Part shown: in pieces, positions 8,449-18,353 of the stretch
Position numbering within the stretch: position 1 is the first letter of the stretch
Layout: every line of letters starts with the position of its first letter
Assembly (NCBI GenBank): GCA_041688515.1
Contig: JBDNHZ010000185.1
Location: forward strand, 1,376 to 65,375
Reading direction: 5' to 3'
DNA from: Verrucomicrobiota bacterium
Lineage (GTDB): Bacteria; Verrucomicrobiota; Verrucomicrobiia; Limisphaerales; UBA9464
Length of the DNA stretch: 64,000 nucleotides
Notes under the pieces: generated by a model
Seen by the model: only the letters and a program-made list of their open reading frames with translations
What the model was told of the DNA's origin: nothing
Database searches by the model: none
Program-made: the position numbers and the translations under genes

Positions 8449-11400
8449 CTACGGCTGCACCCGCACCCGGAACAGATAGGTTAACCGGGGGTCCAGGGCT
8501 GGCAGCGTCACGACCAGATCCTCGCCCTCCCCGCGGATTGGCAGGGAGAATGGCTTCCACTCGACCAGGTCGGTCGAGACCTCCAGCACGTACTCGCGTC
8601 CTTCAGTGGTGGGCCATTGCAATTCCACCAAGCGGTTTGGCAACTCGCGCGGAGGCGAGAGCACCAAGGCCGACAACCGGTTGGTCGGGTCGGTTCCCGC
8701 CATGAATTCCATTCGATCGCTGGCTCCGTCACCATCGGAGTCCCCGGTCGGAGGGGTGTTCAACAACCCGCCGAAATACCGGGTCTCCCAGGAGTCGGAG
8801 AGTCCATTGGTGTTGGCATCGGCAAAGGTGTAGAGGCCCCTCATGACCGTTGGGTTGGTCGAAGCGCCGATGCTGAAGGCCTGCGGGGCCGGGGCCTGAT
8901 GAAAGCGGACCGGCGCCCAGGCGATGGTGTAGGCCGCTGCCGGCAGATTGGTCCGCCAGACGGTTCCTTCGCCGACATACTGATTGGTCCCCGCGCTCAC
9001 GACGAACCGGGCTTGGGCGAGATTGTTCGATACGACCAAGCCACTCTCCGCCACCGACACAAGTTCTACGCCGACGTCGTCGATCAGCCAACCCAGGCGG
9101 TCTCGGGCAGTAAAACTGAACATCTGGTAATTGAATCGGAACCGCACGACCTGCCCGAGGAAGGGCGTGAGATCGATGGATTCCTGAACCCATCCGTCGG
9201 TGGTCTCGTCCTGATTGGCGTACAAGGGCCGCCAACTGGCACCGTTATCCGCAGAAACAGCGACTTGCGCCGCCTCGATGGTCAGGTCGCCGAACTCGTC
9301 CTCCGTTCCATCGTCGGGCGTTGAAAAATCGAACTGATGCCAGAACGTCAATCGCGCCCGATTCCCCCCTACGAGACTCACGGCCGGTGAAATCAGGTCG
9401 GTGATGGCGAAGTCGACATCCGTCCCGCCGAGATTGGTCCCCCAGCAATTCTCGCCGCTGTGGGCTTCGACTCCATGACGATTGGTCGGAGTGCCGAAAG
9501 CCCAACCAGATGCCGAGAAGCCACCTCCCCCTCCCTCGTCCTCACCGTCGTCGACAAAGATCGATTCGTCGTTATGGACCGCCCAGCCCTCGTCCCCCGA
9601 CTCCAGATCGTCGAGCCAGGGCGGGGTCACGGGCCGAAGGGTCCGAAATTGGAAGGACTTCCCCGCGTTATTGTCCGTCCCCACATTTCCAGCCGAGTCG
9701 CGGCTGGTAACGATAAAGTAGTAATTTCGATCGGGCAGCAACCCGGTCAGCAGGACTTCATGGACCCCCCCGGACTCGGCGGAATAGGCCGAACGCGAAA
9801 GGAAGGTTTCGTCCCCCCCCCCTTCGCCGAACCGGACCAGGGCATCCGTTGCCTTGTCCGTCACCCAGGTCACCACCGCCTCGTTGTAGGCAGGGTCCAC
9901 CCCCACCGCCGAGAGCCTGGGCGCCACCGTGTCTACCCGAGCCGAGGTGACCACGGTCCGATCGGCAGTGTCGACGTAGCGAACCTCCAGAGTGTCCCCA
10001 TGCCGCGCCGCCAACCGCGTCGGTGCGCCAGGAACGGGCGGAGGATCCCCCGCGGGACCGGCCGTCTGCGGCGGTTGCAGGACGAACCGGCCCCGGAAGA
10101 TTCCACGCACCGGAGTCGCGAAGCACTCCACGGTCACCGGCGTGGGCGCGGTGGTGCTGGCGAGGCTCACGCCCACGACATCGGACACCCCACGCTTGGC
10201 ATCGGACACCTCGATTACGCCGGAGCCCGGAACGGTGTAGGCATCACTGCTCAACGCCAGGGTGGACAGACCCCGCAGGCCAGGCATCAGGAACTCCAGG
10301 GTGTTGCCGAGCACCGTCGTCCGGTTGTTGGGTGCCGCAGCCGACGCCGGCAACGCCTCCAGCGCAAACGAAAGGAACACCCCGCGCCCGGCGCTGTCGT
10401 CCCCGGTCCGAGGAAACCGAAGCCCTACAATCCGCCCGTCCTCCTGAAGGAAGATCGGGGCGGCGTTGGTGGAGACCTGGAGGTGATCGGGCCCATCTTC
10501 CCAAACAATCCCCAGCAGATCGATGAACAGGCCGCTGGGAAAATCGGTGTAGTCCAGGTCGATCCGGGAACCCGCCCCGACCGGATCCCCAGCAACCGAG
10601 ATCACCCGGAGCGCCCCAAAATCCTCCTGAAACGAGGCTACCCTCAGGGTCTGGGTCGCGAACGCGGTCTGATTGAGTTCTTTCAACCGGGTCAGGAGAT
10701 CAAATGACGCCACGAAGAGGGATCCACCTGAGGCCACGTAGCCGGCCATGGAGGACAGGATGCCCGGCGGCGGTGCCTGCAATTCCTCCGGCCGCCAGAG
10801 CACCAATCGGTAGGGCTTCAATTGCTCCGCCGACGGTGCCGTCCCACGTTCGGTCGTGTCCCAGACCTCGTAGTCGACTCCGAGCGCGTTGAGGGCATCC
10901 GTCCACGTCTCCCGTCCTGGATAGGGCGTCTCCGCCAGCAACTCGATGAAGATTGCCTCCGGCGAATACACCAGCAACGCCGTGGCCGGCCGGGGTGCCA
11001 CCACCCGGAAGAAGAATCCGCCATTGTCGTTGGTCGAAACGTTGCCCGCCCGATCCGTCACCACCACCGAGTAAAAGTAGGTGGTTCCGGCCTCCAACGA
11101 CGGCAACGTCATCCGCGGTTGGGTCCGGTAGGCCAGATCCTCGACGACACGGGTCACCGCGTTGGTCGTCCCGAAGTAGACGCGTGACGACGCACCTTCA
11201 CTTGCCAACCAACTCACGACCACGCTGCCGAATTGGGACACGGCAGTGACCCCGGTGACGACCGGCGGTTGGCTATCCACCCAGGCCACGGCATCTCGTA
11301 AGCCGGCCGGCTGCGCATCCGAGTACACCGCCGTCAGGGCGTCCCCGTCCCGCACCTGCAACTGCCCGGAACCGACAGGCCCGCTCACGAGGAGGACTGC

Positions 11401-13704
11401 CCCCGTGAAGGTATTCGCCGCCGCCGCACGCTGCAGGGTCAGCGTGAGGGAATTCGTTGCAACCCCCGTCAAGATGCGAACGGTGGCCGTCGTCTCGCCG
11501 CGAAGCCCGTCGTCCAACAAGCGGACCGTCGCCACCGACGGCACCCGATAGGCCGGCCGATCCCACGAAAGCACTCCCTCGCCCGGTGCGGGCAGTTGCC
11601 CGGAGACCACCACGGCAAAATCCTGGGTCGGCACTCCCGATCGACGCCGGATGTCCAGGACGACGTTGACCGCACGCACCCGCACGATCCATTCGCCCGC
11701 GGGCGGTGCCGCCAGATGCACGGCCTCGACGTTGTTGATCCGGTCTCCCTGGGGGGTGCCCGGGGTGGATTCCCCCTCCGCAAAGGCGTTGCCCCGATAC
11801 ACAAATCCCGACGGAGAGATGAGTTCTAGATCGAGATCGTTGACGAGGGCGGGGATCGCCGCGGGCAGGCCCGGGACATCGGTGTAAACCAAGGTCACCT
11901 TCAGGGGTTCACCATCCGCCACGACGATCCGCTGCTCCCAGAAGTCGGCGGTCGCCAGTTCCCTCGACTGGTCGAACATCTCGAATCGCCGCTCCGAATC
12001 GATCAACGTTTCAAGGTTGATCCGGCCCCAGCCTTCGTCGTTGTTCGGCACCGGTTCCGTGTCCCCGACCACTTCACCCGGATCCTCCGGATCATCCGGG
12101 TCGGTGGGAACCAGCGCCGTCCCCATGTCGTCTGCCGAATTGATTAAGGCCGCCTTGACCAGCGCTGGCGAAGGCGTCCCGCCACCGCGATTTTCACGGT
12201 ACCACTGGATGAAGACCGCACAGGCACCGCTGGCGTGCGGCCCCGCCTGGGAGGTCCCGCCCTGATACAGATAGTTGTCGTTGATGGGCGACCACGCGTT
12301 CTCTTCGCCCGCCGCCTGCGACTTCAACGAGGCAATCCACGTTCCAGGTGCCACCACGTCCGGCTTGATCCGTCCATCTTCACAGGGTCCCCGACTGGAG
12401 AAATCCGCCATGACCTCCTGGCCTTCTCCGTAGATGCCAAAGGTGTACCGGTTGTTCTGGCAGGCTCCGGTCGCGATCACGTTTTTGGCGACCGCGGGAC
12501 TCCCGATGGTCCGGCCGCCAGGTCCCGAGTTGCCGGCACTGAATTCGAGCACGTATTGCTGGTCCCCCGGAGTCAATGCATCGGCGTCACGCACCAACGC
12601 ATCAAATTCCGCCGCACTGAGGTCGTAGCGTCCCTGGGTGTCGTCCCCCCACGAATTGGAGCCAACCGCAGCTCCCGACCGGACGGCATCCCGGGTCAAT
12701 GCTTCGAAACTGGGAGGCGGCCGGTAGTTGCCCTGCCCATCAAAGATCCGCTGGGCCACGATGTGCGCTCCGGGAGCCACACCCAGGCCGAACAGCGCCC
12801 CGTCCTCGTCCTTCTGACCGAGTGCCGCGTTCCCCGCGACGATTCCGGCACAATGCGTGCCGTGACTATGCTCGTCGCTCGCGTCCTCCAGACCGTCGTA
12901 GGCGAACAAGGCATCCACCCTCCCATCAAGGTCAGGATGCATCAGGTCGATGAACCCGAGGTCCAAACCTGAATCCGCCACCGCCACCGTCACCCCGTCG
13001 CCGTCATAACCCAACTCATGGACCCTGGCCAGGCTGCCCGTTTCGAAGGTCTCACCTGCGACGATCTTGGTCGCGACCTCGTCCATCATCCGGATCCGCG
13101 GTGCGGGCTCGACCCAGACCACTTCCCCGGATCGCACCCACTCGATCAGATCCCGGGCTCCGACCTGCCCAGTGGCCACCGGGCCAAGGGACTGACTGGT
13201 CTGGATCCGGACGTCGGTCATGCGCACCCGGGCCAGCGCCTCAGCGACTCCGCCACTCTCCGCACGCAACAGGGCCTTCACCGTCACCCGGCCACCCGGT
13301 TGTTTCCGAAGAGCCTTGATCACCCGCGAATCCACCTTGTGCCGCGCCTCCATCGGCCCGCTCCACCGCACAAACTCCAGATCTCTCAAAGCCCCCAACC
13401 GGGTCCCCTCCAACCGGGCCACGAAGGCGTCATCCGGCACGAAATGCAGCAACTTCACCCCCGCAGCCGCCAGTTCCACGCGCCACGCCTCCTCAAACCG
13501 CCCCTCGAACTGGATCAGGAAAAGTCCGTTGACCGGTGGATCTTCGGCCTGCGCCGGTCGGGCCGACCGACTCGAACGCGACGGAGTTTCGATCGCGCCA
13601 TTGCAAAGTCGGATCTGCCGGAACTCCTCCGCTCCCAGCAATGGGAGAAGCGAAAGGGTCAGAATCAGACCTCCAACAAGGCATCGACGCAGGGGGTGGA
13701 TCAC
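8449..13704 (-). CDS. giant secreted subtilisin-like (S8) serine protease with multiple accessory domains
   Basis: Signal peptide MIHPLRRCLVGGLILTLSLLPLLGA. Catalytic triad contexts VAVADSGLD, HSHGTHCAGIVAG and GGTSQAGPHASGACA. Repeated FN3/PAP-like modules (YFYSVVVTDRAGNVS; YYFIVTSRDSAGNVG). C-terminal Ca-binding type repeat DSDGDGASDRMEFMAGTDPTN. Confidence 0.9.
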   Translation of the reverse strand: MIHPLRRCLVGGLILTLSLLPLLGAEEFRQIRLCNGAIETPSRSSRSARPAQAEDPPVNGLFLIQFEGRFEEAWRVELAAAGVKLLHFVPDDAFVARLEGTRLGALRDLEFVRWSGPMEARHKVDSRVIKALRKQPGGRVTVKALLRAESGGVAEALARVRMTDVRIQTSQSLGPVATGQVGARDLIEWVRSGEVVWVEPAPRIRMMDEVATKIVAGETFETGSLARVHELGYDGDGVTVAVADSGLDLGFIDLMHPDLDGRVDALFAYDGLEDASDEHSHGTHCAGIVAGNAALGQKDEDGALFGLGVAPGAHIVAQRIFDGQGNYRPPPSFEALTRDAVRSGAAVGSNSWGDDTQGRYDLSAAEFDALVRDADALTPGDQQYVLEFSAGNSGPGGRTIGSPAVAKNVIATGACQNNRYTFGIYGEGQEVMADFSSRGPCEDGRIKPDVVAPGTWIASLKSQAAGEENAWSPINDNYLYQGGTSQAGPHASGACAVFIQWYRENRGGGTPSPALVKAALINSADDMGTALVPTDPDDPEDPGEVVGDTEPVPNNDEGWGRINLETLIDSERRFEMFDQSRELATADFWEQRIVVADGEPLKVTLVYTDVPGLPAAIPALVNDLDLELISPSGFVYRGNAFAEGESTPGTPQGDRINNVEAVHLAAPPAGEWIVRVRAVNVVLDIRRRSGVPTQDFAVVVSGQLPAPGEGVLSWDRPAYRVPSVATVRLLDDGLRGETTATVRILTGVATNSLTLTLQRAAAANTFTGAVLLVSGPVGSGQLQVRDGDALTAVYSDAQPAGLRDAVAWVDSQPPVVTGVTAVSQFGSVVVSWLASEGASSRVYFGTTNAVTRVVEDLAYRTQPRMTLPSLEAGTTYFYSVVVTDRAGNVSTNDNGGFFFRVVAPRPATALLVYSPEAIFIELLAETPYPGRETWTDALNALGVDYEVWDTTERGTAPSAEQLKPYRLVLWRPEELQAPPPGILSSMAGYVASGGSLFVASFDLLTRLKELNQTAFATQTLRVASFQEDFGALRVISVAGDPVGAGSRIDLDYTDFPSGLFIDLLGIVWEDGPDHLQVSTNAAPIFLQEDGRIVGLRFPRTGDDSAGRGVFLSFALEALPASAAAPNNRTTVLGNTLEFLMPGLRGLSTLALSSDAYTVPGSGVIEVSDAKRGVSDVVGVSLASTTAPTPVTVECFATPVRGIFRGRFVLQPPQTAGPAGDPPPVPGAPTRLAARHGDTLEVRYVDTADRTVVTSARVDTVAPRLSAVGVDPAYNEAVVTWVTDKATDALVRFGEGGGDETFLSRSAYSAESGGVHEVLLTGLLPDRNYYFIVTSRDSAGNVGTDNNAGKSFQFRTLRPVTPPWLDDLESGDEGWAVHNDESIFVDDGEDEGGGGGFSASGWAFGTPTNRHGVEAHSGENCWGTNLGGTDVDFAITDLISPAVSLVGGNRARLTFWHQFDFSTPDDGTEDEFGDLTIEAAQVAVSADNGASWRPLYANQDETTDGWVQESIDLTPFLGQVVRFRFNYQMFSFTARDRLGWLIDDVGVELVSVAESGLVVSNNLAQARFVVSAGTNQYVGEGTVWRTNLPAAAYTIAWAPVRFHQAPAPQAFSIGASTNPTVMRGLYTFADANTNGLSDSWETRYFGGLLNTPPTGDSDGDGASDRMEFMAGTDPTNRLSALVLSPPRELPNRLVELQWPTTEGREYVLEVSTDLVEWKPFSLPIRGEGEDLVVTLPALDPRLTYLFRVRVQP

Positions 13705-13788
13705 CCCGGCACCCTAGCCAGTCGCGTGCCGGACTCAAACCTGAACCCAGGACAGCAGTTGTCCCACCCCTGCTGCCAGGATGGGCGT

Positions 13789-13971
13789 ATGAAGAATGCG
13801 AATCGCAGCATCAACAAACCTCAACTCGCCCTCACCCTGCCGGAGCCGGCCACGACCGCCGCGCGGCGTTCGCGCAAGCCTTGCAGCCGCGAACGTGCCG
13901 CGTGGTGGTTCCGTCAGATGCACCGGGTGATCGAGGAGGGCAACGAGTTCCAGGCGCCCGGAGTCTTTTGA
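13789..13971 (+). CDS. possible small ORF (60 aa) in the divergent intergenic region
   Basis: ATG 13789, MKNANRSINKPQLALTLPEPATTAARRSRKPCSRERAAWWFRQMHRVIEEGNEFQAPGVF. A basic peptide with a WWFRQM core. No other support, and GC-rich DNA gives many such ORFs. Confidence 0.2.
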   Translation: MKNANRSINKPQLALTLPEPATTAARRSRKPCSRERAAWWFRQMHRVIEEGNEFQAPGVF

Positions 13972-14025
13972 CCGGATGAATTGCGCTCTTTCCATCAGGA
14001 CGGCCGAGGCGTTTGACTAGGGATC

Positions 14026-15207
14026 ATGCGTCTCACGCACGGCATTCATCTGGCCTACTGCACCAACATCCACCGGGGAGAATCCTGGCCCGAGACTTTC
14101 GCCGCCCTTGAGAAGCACACACTCGCGGTTCGCAAACGCGTCTGCCCGGATCAACCCTATGCCATCGGGCTCCGGCTCTCAGATGCCGCTTCACGCGAAC
14201 TCGCCCAACCGGGAGTCCTGGCCGCCTTCAAACGGTGGCTGAAGCACCACCATTGCTACGTTTTTACGATCAATGGATTTCCATTCGGACGCTTCCACGG
14301 CACGCGGGTCAAAGAACAGGTGTACTCGCCCGACTGGACCCAACCCGAGCGTCTCGCCTACACCCGCCGTCTCTTTGAGATCCTGGCCGAACTGCTCCCG
14401 GAGGATGACGCCGTGGAGGGATCCGTGAGCACCGTTCCGGTCTCGTTCAAGGGTTTCCGGTTGGATGACCGGGCCGAGCGCAGCGCGCGCGAGAACCTCT
14501 GGTCCTGCGTCGATTTTCTCGAACAACTCGCTCGCCGTTCGGGACGCAAACTCCACCTGGGCCTCGAACCCGAACCCTGCTGCCACCTCGAGACCACCTA
14601 CGAGACGGTCCGCTTCTTCGAACGTCTGCGCAGCGATCGACCTGGCGACCTCCGGTTGGATGCGCACCTGGGGGTGAATTACGACTGCTGCCACCTCGCC
14701 ATCGAGTTCGAGACTCCCGCCGAGGCCCTCGGGCGCCTGCGTCGCGCGGGAATTCTCATTTCCAAGATTCACCTGAGCAACGCCCTGCGCGTGCATCCCA
14801 CCCCGGAGACCCGCGAGGCCCTCCGCAGCTTCCTGGACACGGTTTACTTTCATCAGGTCATCGAACGACGTCCGGACGGCGAACTCATCCGCTACACCGA
14901 CCTCGACGAAGCATTGACCACTTCGCTGGAGGGACCGCAGATGGACGTCGAGTGGCGAATCCACTTCCATATCCCATTGCATGCGTCCCCAGGCCGTGGG
15001 TTCGCCACCACCTCCGATCACGTGACGGGCGTCCTCGACGAGATCCGGCGGCAACCCGCCCTCTGCCGCCATTTCGAGATGGAAACGTACACTTGGGAAG
15101 TCCTTCCCGCCGCCCTCAAACAGCAGTCCGTCGTCGATCAACTCGCCGCGGAGTACTCTTGGACGCTGGCCGAAATGGGCAAGCGCGGCATCGTTCCCCG
15201 CATCTGA
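14026..15207 (+). CDS. xylose-isomerase-like TIM-barrel protein, EboE-like
   Basis: N-terminus HLAYCTNIHRGESW, then FTINGFPFGRFHGTRVKEQVYSPDW and LGLEPEPCCHLET. As far as I recall, this pattern matches the EboE (metabolite traffic protein) family; the family call is from memory, not from a search. Confidence 0.7.
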   Translation: MRLTHGIHLAYCTNIHRGESWPETFAALEKHTLAVRKRVCPDQPYAIGLRLSDAASRELAQPGVLAAFKRWLKHHHCYVFTINGFPFGRFHGTRVKEQVYSPDWTQPERLAYTRRLFEILAELLPEDDAVEGSVSTVPVSFKGFRLDDRAERSARENLWSCVDFLEQLARRSGRKLHLGLEPEPCCHLETTYETVRFFERLRSDRPGDLRLDAHLGVNYDCCHLAIEFETPAEALGRLRRAGILISKIHLSNALRVHPTPETREALRSFLDTVYFHQVIERRPDGELIRYTDLDEALTTSLEGPQMDVEWRIHFHIPLHASPGRGFATTSDHVTGVLDEIRRQPALCRHFEMETYTWEVLPAALKQQSVVDQLAAEYSWTLAEMGKRGIVPRI

Positions 15208-15292
15208 AGGGCGGATCACCTTCCCCATTCCACCTTCCCTTGCCCGTCGCTAGTCTCCCCGTGTGGCCGACCGCATTCCCACCGGTGAACGC

Positions 15293-17038
15293 ATGTATCG
15301 AGGCATCCCCGTTTCCTCGGGAGTCTCCCATGGCAAGGTAATCGTGCTCGGCGATGCCGCGCGGACGATCCTGCGCCGGGAGATCAGCCCGGAGGAGACG
15401 CCCCGGGAACTCCAGCGTCTTCAGGAAGCGGTAACCCAGACGCGACGCGACCTTCTCGAGATCCAGAGGCAGGTCACGGAGGCAATCAGTTCCCACGAAG
15501 CCTCCATTTTCGACGCCCACCTTCTGGTCCTCGAAGACGCCACCATGCTGGGCGAGGCCCACCAATTGATCCGCGACCACCATATCAATTGCGAGGCAGC
15601 CTATCATCAGGTGGCCGAGAAATTTGCCCGGGCCCTCGGTGAATTGGGTGACGAATACCTCCGGGAACGCGCCGCCGACATCCGAGACGTCTCCGGGCGG
15701 GTCCTCGACCATCTTCTTGGACGCGCCACCGAGCAGGATCTCAGGCACCTCCGTGAGCCCTGCATCATCGTCGCCCCCGATCTCGCCCCCAGCACCACGG
15801 CCGTGCTCGATCGGACTCTTGTCCTGGGCTTTGCCACGGACGCTGGCGGCACCACCAGCCACACGGCCATCATGGCCCGGAAGCTCGGGATCCCGGCGGT
15901 CGTGGGTCTCGGTGACATCACCTCCCGCGTCCGCACCGGTGAGTACGCGCTCATCGACGGCCACGGAGGAACGCTCAGCATCAATCCGACTGACCAGACC
16001 CTATTCGAGTACGGCCAACTCAAACAACGTCGGGCCGCCCTCGATGACCGTCTGGCCGTGCTCCGCGAACAACCTGCGGTCACGCTGGATGGCCATGAGA
16101 TCATCCTCGCCGCCAACATTGACCAAATCGAGGATTTCCCCGCACTGGTGCAATGCGGGGCGCATGGGGTCGGGCTGTTCCGGAGTGAGTTCCTCTTCCT
16201 GAATCGCCGGGATCTCCCCACGGAGGACGAACAATTCGAGGCATACCGCCGCGTCGCCGAAGCCTCCGCCCCCCATGGGGCGACCATCCGCACGCTGGAT
16301 CTTGGCGGCGACAAGCTTCCAGCGGCTTGGGCCCGGAGCGGCGAGCAGAACCCCTTTCTGGGCTGGAGAGCGATCCGGATCTGCCTTGCCCTGCCGGAGG
16401 TGTTCCAGGCCCAGTTGCGCGCGATCCTGCGTGCCTCTGCCCATGGAAAGGTGCGGATCATGTTCCCCATGATCTCCAGTCTCCCGGAACTCCGCGAAGC
16501 CAACGCCAGCCTGGAGCGATGCCGCGAAGACCTCCGCTCCGAGGGAATCCCCTTCGATGAACAGATCGAAGTCGGGATGATGATCGAAGTTCCCGGTGCC
16601 GCGCTGATTGCCGAGACGCTGGCGCGGGAAGTCTCCTTCTTTTCCATCGGCACCAATGATCTCACCGGCTACACGCTTGCCGTTGACCGACTGAACGAAC
16701 GGGTCGCCGCCCTCTTCGCCCCGACCCATCCGGGCGTCCTCCGACTCATTCAACTGACGGTCGCTGCCGCCCGGAAACATGGCCGCTGGGTCGGTGTTTG
16801 TGGCGAGGCTGCCGGGGATCCCGATGTGATCCCCATTCTGCTCGGGCTCGGCATCGACGAACTCAGCGCCACACCGGCCGCCATCCCCTCGGTCAAATTC
16901 CTGCTCCGTCGACTCCGCCTTCCCGAAGTCACCGCCGCCGCAGAGGCCGCCCTGGCTGCCGAATCCGCCGAGGAGGCCTTGAAGATCTCGCAGGCCCTTG
17001 CCCGCAAGGCCGCCCCGGAACTCTTCCACTCAGCCTGA
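15293..17038 (+). CDS. ptsI: phosphoenolpyruvate-protein phosphotransferase (PTS enzyme I)
   Basis: Phospho-histidine region GGTTSHTAIMARKLGIPAVVG, PEP-utilising C-terminal barrel (FFSIGTNDLTGYTLAVDR). ATG 15293 (MYRGIPVSSG) is preferred over GTG 15263. Confidence 0.9.
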   Translation: MYRGIPVSSGVSHGKVIVLGDAARTILRREISPEETPRELQRLQEAVTQTRRDLLEIQRQVTEAISSHEASIFDAHLLVLEDATMLGEAHQLIRDHHINCEAAYHQVAEKFARALGELGDEYLRERAADIRDVSGRVLDHLLGRATEQDLRHLREPCIIVAPDLAPSTTAVLDRTLVLGFATDAGGTTSHTAIMARKLGIPAVVGLGDITSRVRTGEYALIDGHGGTLSINPTDQTLFEYGQLKQRRAALDDRLAVLREQPAVTLDGHEIILAANIDQIEDFPALVQCGAHGVGLFRSEFLFLNRRDLPTEDEQFEAYRRVAEASAPHGATIRTLDLGGDKLPAAWARSGEQNPFLGWRAIRICLALPEVFQAQLRAILRASAHGKVRIMFPMISSLPELREANASLERCREDLRSEGIPFDEQIEVGMMIEVPGAALIAETLAREVSFFSIGTNDLTGYTLAVDRLNERVAALFAPTHPGVLRLIQLTVAAARKHGRWVGVCGEAAGDPDVIPILLGLGIDELSATPAAIPSVKFLLRRLRLPEVTAAAEAALAAESAEEALKISQALARKAAPELFHSA

Positions 17039-17098
17039 GCCGGAGGCAAAACAAGCGCTTCCACGAATCCAAAACACCAGTACCGTTTCGCCGCTGAC

Positions 17099-17845
17099 AT
17101 GAAAGTCCTCATCCTCGCCGCCGGCTACGCCACCCGACTGTATCCCCTCACCCTGACCCAACCGAAACCGCTCCTGCAGGTCGCCGGCAAGCCCATGGTG
17201 GACTACGTCCTTGAGAACCTGGCTCCAATTCCAGGGATCGACCGCGTCTACATCGTCACCAACGCCAAGTTCGCCGACACCTTTCAGGCCTGGGCCGACC
17301 AACACCGGGCCACGGAGCCCAAGCTCGAGTTCACCATCGTGAATGATGGGTCCACCGATGACTCCAACAAACTCGGGGCGATCGGGGATCTCAATCTGGT
17401 TCTCGAACGCGAAAACCTCGACGACGACCTGATCGTGGTGGCGGGCGACAACCTGTTCAACCAGTCCCTCGCGGGCTTCGGCACCTTCTGCAAATCCCGG
17501 GAAGAAGTCGTTCTGGGAGTGTACGACGTCGGCAGCCTGGATCAGGCCAAGAAATACGGTGTCGTCGATGTCGACAGCACCGGACGCATCGTCAGCTTCG
17601 TCGAGAAACCCTCGAACCCGGCCTCCACCCAGATCGGCATTGCCCTCTACTACTACCCGAAGAAGACCCTCCCGCTCATCCGTCAGTACGTCGCGGAAGG
17701 GAACAACCCGGACCAACCCGGTCGGCTCATCCAGTGGCTCTATCCCCGGCAACCCGTGTTCACCTGGGCGGTTCCCGGCATTTGGTACGACATCGGTTCC
17801 AAGGAAACCCTGGAGGAGGCCAATCGGATTTTCAGCCGCAAGTAG
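17099..17845 (+). CDS. sugar-1-phosphate nucleotidyltransferase family protein
   Basis: MKVLILAAGYATRLYPLTLTQPKPLLQVAGKPMVDY (GxGTRL-type NTP-transferase signature); 248 aa. Confidence 0.85.
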   Translation: MKVLILAAGYATRLYPLTLTQPKPLLQVAGKPMVDYVLENLAPIPGIDRVYIVTNAKFADTFQAWADQHRATEPKLEFTIVNDGSTDDSNKLGAIGDLNLVLERENLDDDLIVVAGDNLFNQSLAGFGTFCKSREEVVLGVYDVGSLDQAKKYGVVDVDSTGRIVSFVEKPSNPASTQIGIALYYYPKKTLPLIRQYVAEGNNPDQPGRLIQWLYPRQPVFTWAVPGIWYDIGSKETLEEANRIFSRK

Positions 17846-18124
17846 GCCAGGCACGGCCTGAGCCATTAAACCCGTGCAATGGCGGCCGTGATCCGAACAT
17901 TTTCTGACCATCGGATTGACTTCCAGGACCTCCTTCCTACTCTGAATCCGATTCGGGTTGCGGGACGTTTCTTCAGCGGGGTTCCCCACCCCCACCTCCT
18001 TGGCGTCTGCAGCCCGAATCCATTTTTTAGAAGCCGTCGAATCGCGAGATCGACGTGTGCGCGCAAAATTCTGAAGAATGTTTTTGACCGTAGCCAATAG
18101 CACGGTACAAAGCGCGCCTCACGC

Positions 18125-18201
18125 GGGGGTGTAGCTCAATTGGTTAGAGCGCTGCCCTGTCACGGCAGAGGTTACGGGTTCGAGTCCCGCCACTCCCGCC
18201 A
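18125..18201 (+). tRNA. tRNA-Asp (anticodon GUC), CCA encoded
   Basis: Hand-folded cloverleaf. Acceptor gggggtg/cactccc (one G-U), D arm gctc-aattggtta-gagc, anticodon arm ctgcc-ctGTCac-ggcag (GTC at 18159-18161), T arm acggg-ttcgagt-cccgc (one outer mismatch), discriminator g, cca. Confidence 0.9.
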
Positions 18202-18213
18202 CTTTCCCGCGGA
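18170..18213 (+). repeat. proximal copy of an imperfect 44-nt direct repeat (tRNA-Asp 3' part plus 12 nt downstream), attL-like
   Basis: ggttacgggttcgagtcccgccactcccgccactttcccgcgga recurs at 44667-44710 in the same orientation (hand alignment, about 39 of 45 columns identical). Confidence 0.6.
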
Positions 18214-18353
18214 AAATGAGGGGGTCTCTCCTGACCGGACAAAAGCCGGGCAGAAATAAAAAAGAAAGGCCCCCTCCGGATGGTTCGCGGAGACAGTGTT
18301 TTCACTCCCATTTACCCCGCCTCCACCCGCTCCGGTGAAACCTTCGTCGTTGC

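Noticed and set aside
13735-13995. An 86-aa minus-strand ORF in the protease/EboE-like intergenic region.
   Set aside because: It has no motif, overlaps the plus-strand sORF candidate, and its Arg/Gly-rich composition looks like background.
17030-18103. A 357-aa minus-strand ORF covering the nucleotidyltransferase gene and running toward the tRNA.
   Set aside because: It is antisense to a gene with a clear GxGTRL NTP-transferase signature, and its own sequence has no recognisable features.
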